A stretch of DNA of 64,000 bases from assembly GCA_951406725.2 (NCBI GenBank), contig OX597840.1, positions 33,418,001 to 33,482,000 of the forward strand, in the 5' to 3' direction. The notes below the pieces were generated by a model, which had not been told where the DNA came from, made no database searches, and saw nothing but the letters and a program-made list of their open reading frames with translations. Made by a program: the position numbers and the translations under genes. Below, piece by piece: positions 54,218-64,000 of the stretch. Origin of the DNA: Octopus vulgaris. Its lineage: Eukaryota. Every line of letters starts with the position of its first letter. Position 1 is the first letter of the stretch.

Positions 54218-55633
54218 CACACGCTGTTGTCCGTGCTGCTGTTCTCAATGTTGATTTTTCACACTTAATTCTTCACACAACCAAATTCTTTTCACCCGTG
54301 TGTTTTGGTTTAATCTTTCTGTGTGTTAGAATATTACATATTTCTCTGTGCTTCTGTGTGTTCGTATTTTTCTGTGCTTTTTTTCTGTGTTAGTATTTTT
54401 ACATATTTTTCATTTCCAATATTTTTAGCACTCATTAACTCAGATAGCTGGATTTATGATTTTACTACTTTAATTCTGATCATAAAAATTCAACTTAGGA
54501 GTATCTCTTAAACCGTTAACTTCACATTTCAACACCTTAACTGAAATTTAGCCCACGTAACAGGAACTGAGAGGGATACCGTGAAACAGAGAAACTGTGG
54601 GTGATACAGATAATTTGACATTATTTTTGAATTCTGCATGCAAAAACATATCAGATACAGGTATTCTTTTCCTTGGGACTAATTCTTTGTTGACCAATGT
54701 TATTCTTATTGTAGTTTACAAATCCAGGCTTGAATACGTTACTCAACTTTGGAGTTTTGGAGACAGACTTGCCCAAGGTGCCACGCAGTGGGACTGAACA
54801 TGGAACCATGTGGTTGGTTAGCAAGCTACTTACCACACAGCCACTCCTGTGCCTATACTTGTGTGTATGTTTACAAGTTTGCTTGTTCTAATTCCAATTT
54901 GTGCGTGTTTGTGTGTGTGAGAGAGAATGTGTGTGTATGTGTATGGAGTGTGTGTGTGTATGTGTATGGAGTGTGTGTGTGTTTACTGCCTTTGTGAGAT
55001 TGCTTCTGTGTATATATATGTATGTGGATATACATGTCCCTTTAACTCTGTGTGTGTGTGTGTGTATGTATGCATGCAAGTATGCATGTTTGCATGTATG
55101 ATATATGGATTGACCAATCTGCAAATCTTCGCCGATCGATCAATTCCCTGGGCTTGTAGAGAAAGGACAGGAAGAGAGATGGAGAGAGACAGACAGACAG
55201 AGCGAGTGAGAAAGAGAAAGAGAGAGAGCGAGGAGAAAGCCAGGCTGCTGGTGAAAATTGGTTGAAGAAGGCTGCTGGCTTTGGTCTTGTTTCTTTGGTC
55301 ACTGTTGACAATTTGGTATGGCGGTCAGTGGCTGGTCATCGTCAGTCAGTCCAGCTTAGTCTGCTGTTTAGTTTTAGTTCTGCCTGCTTAGGTCAGGCGG
55401 TGGGTGGTGGGTCAGTACGGTCAATACGCTGTGGAGTGGCGGCGGTGGGGTGGCGGTGGTGGAGGTGGTCGTTGTCGTCGTCGTCGCCATGGTGGTTCTG
55501 GTGTTTGTGGTGGTGGAAGCGGTGGTTCTGGTGGTGTTCTTGGAATGGTGACACCTACTTTGGTATTTACTGATAGTTTGGAATGCGTGTGTGCCTACGT
55601 TTGTGTGACCTGTATGTGCGTGTGTGTGTGTGT

Positions 55634-55680
<47 letters not shown>

Positions 55681-57249
55681 TGTATGTGTGTTTGTTTGTA
55701 TTTAGTTCTGAGTTGGTATCGTATTCATTCATTCTTTTAGTAAGAAGTAAGTTCTTAGTGAAGAAATTCTTTCTACTATGAAATTCTTGGTACTGGTTGG
55801 TTATTCTCAGTATTGGTACAATTTTTGGTAGTCAGTATTTGGTTGGTATTGGTATCTAGACTTTAGTATAGATCTGGTGTCGCTACGATGGTCAAACAGT
55901 AGTGTCCACTCATTGGTCAAACTGACCATTGCATGCCTCCGCTTTTGCCAATGTCCTTAGCACACGGCTTAGTACTTTAGTGGGCGTGACATTCGTTTCA
56001 AAATACAAATAAAAAGAATAAAGAAAGAAAAGAAAGAGGAAAGAAACAATGTGAATGTGCGTGGGTGGGTGATAACCGACTGGTGCTATAGTAGTAGTAT
56101 ATGCATGTATTTTAATGTTATCAACTTGCTTCCTAGGCCTAAGGTCGCGAGTTCGATCCCACTGTGTGGAAACTTGTGCAAGTACCTTCCTATTATACCT
56201 TCGGGATGACCAAAGCCCTGTGTGTGGAATCGGTTGACTGAAACTAAAATAAGCCATTCGTATATTCTTTTATTCTTCCATTCTTTTGTTTTAGTCATTT
56301 GACTGCAGCCATGCTGGAGCTTTGAAGATTTTAGTTGAACAAAACAACAAAATAAACAGAAAAAATGCCAAGCTAAAAGAAAAAATGAAAGAAAGAAAGA
56401 AAGAAAGAAAGAAGTTCTAAGGGTGATTCGTTCGACTAAACATTCTTTAAGGTGGTGCCCCAGCATGGCCGTAGTCTGACACAAGTTAGAGGATAAAAAG
56501 ATAAAAGATTAAAAAATTCCTGTTTTTAACAAAATCCTGCAGACACGGGAGGCTTTTTGTGAACGACAGAAATGGTCAGAACTGGTGGCGGCGGTGGTTG
56601 TGGTTGTGGTGGTGATGGTAGTTGGAATGGTGCCACCTACATTAGTATTTACTGATACAGTTTGGAATGTGTGTGTGTGTGTGTTTAGTTTCGAACCGGT
56701 ATTCATTCATTCATTCTTGCAGTAGTGATGAAGAATTTTGTGTTTCTACTACGAAATTCTTCATGTAAAAAGTACTAAAAAAAGTACTATTGGTATTTAC
56801 TGATACAGTTTGGAATGTGTGTGTGTGTGTTGTTAGTACCGAATTGGTATTCATTAATTGATTCTTGTAGCAGAAGAGTTCTTAGTGATGAAGAATTTTG
56901 TGTTTCTACTATGTAAAAAAGTACTAAAAAAAGTACTATTGGTATTTAGTGATACAGTTTGGAATGTGTGTGTGTTGCTAGTACCGAATTGGTATTCCAT
57001 TCATTGATTCTTGTAGCAGAAGAGTTCTTAGTAATGAAGAATTTTGTGTTTCTGCTATGTAAAAAAGTACTAAAAAAAGTACTATTGGTATTTACTGATA
57101 CAGTTTGGAATGTGTGTGTTGTTAGTTCCGAATTGGTATTCCATTCATTGATTCTTGTAGCAGAAGAGTTCTTAGTGATGAAGAATTTTTAGTGTTTCGA
57201 CTCTGAAATTCTTTCTTAGTTTTCAGTAAAAGTACTAAAGACTATCTTA

Positions 57250-64000
<6,751 letters not shown>

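Larger units (their letters stand above)
50930..56070. repeat. large inverted duplication (A-B-C ... C-B-A)
   Basis: ~50930-51800 mirrors ~55231-56070 around a ~3.4-kb spacer. Confidence 0.9.

Noticed and set aside
55872-55985. Read-through frame IWCRYDGQTVVSTHWSN-TGA-PLHASAF (Sec or edited stop)
   Set aside because: No start codon or SECIS seen, substitutions among copies show no codon bias, and the TGA is explained by the palindrome.
56885-57100. Box C/D snoRNA array in module B (GTGATGA...57 nt...CTGA)
   Set aside because: No terminal stem, no recognisable rRNA antisense element, and boxes are mutated in several copies (GTAATGA, GTGA).

Overview
Eukaryotic, AT-rich, microsatellite-saturated DNA. 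Its tRNA-derived SINE families, as I recall them, are typical of Octopus (coleoid cephalopod); the species assignment is inference. Nearly all ORFs in the track are simple-repeat artefacts. Recognisable content: several SINE families, three mariner remnants, a CR1-type and an R4/Dong-type LINE fragment, Penelope-like remnants, satellites and fold-back duplications. Three signals are not explained by the ORF track. (1) Short unique islands between the microsatellites can be spliced on the minus strand into one ~45-kb, microexon-rich gene for an unrecognised secreted protein; 25 phase-consistent exons run from 24887 to a stop at 69, but most donors are very non-consensus, so the model is tentative. 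(2) The putative first exon of that gene lies in a module duplicated 7 times (tandem and inverted); every copy keeps a perfect GGTCAnnnTGACC palindrome (ERE) with an overlapping CCAAT box. (3) At least 4 unrelated type I hammerhead-ribozyme motif families occur, including an intact copy at 33492-33579(-) and a U3:A8 variant.
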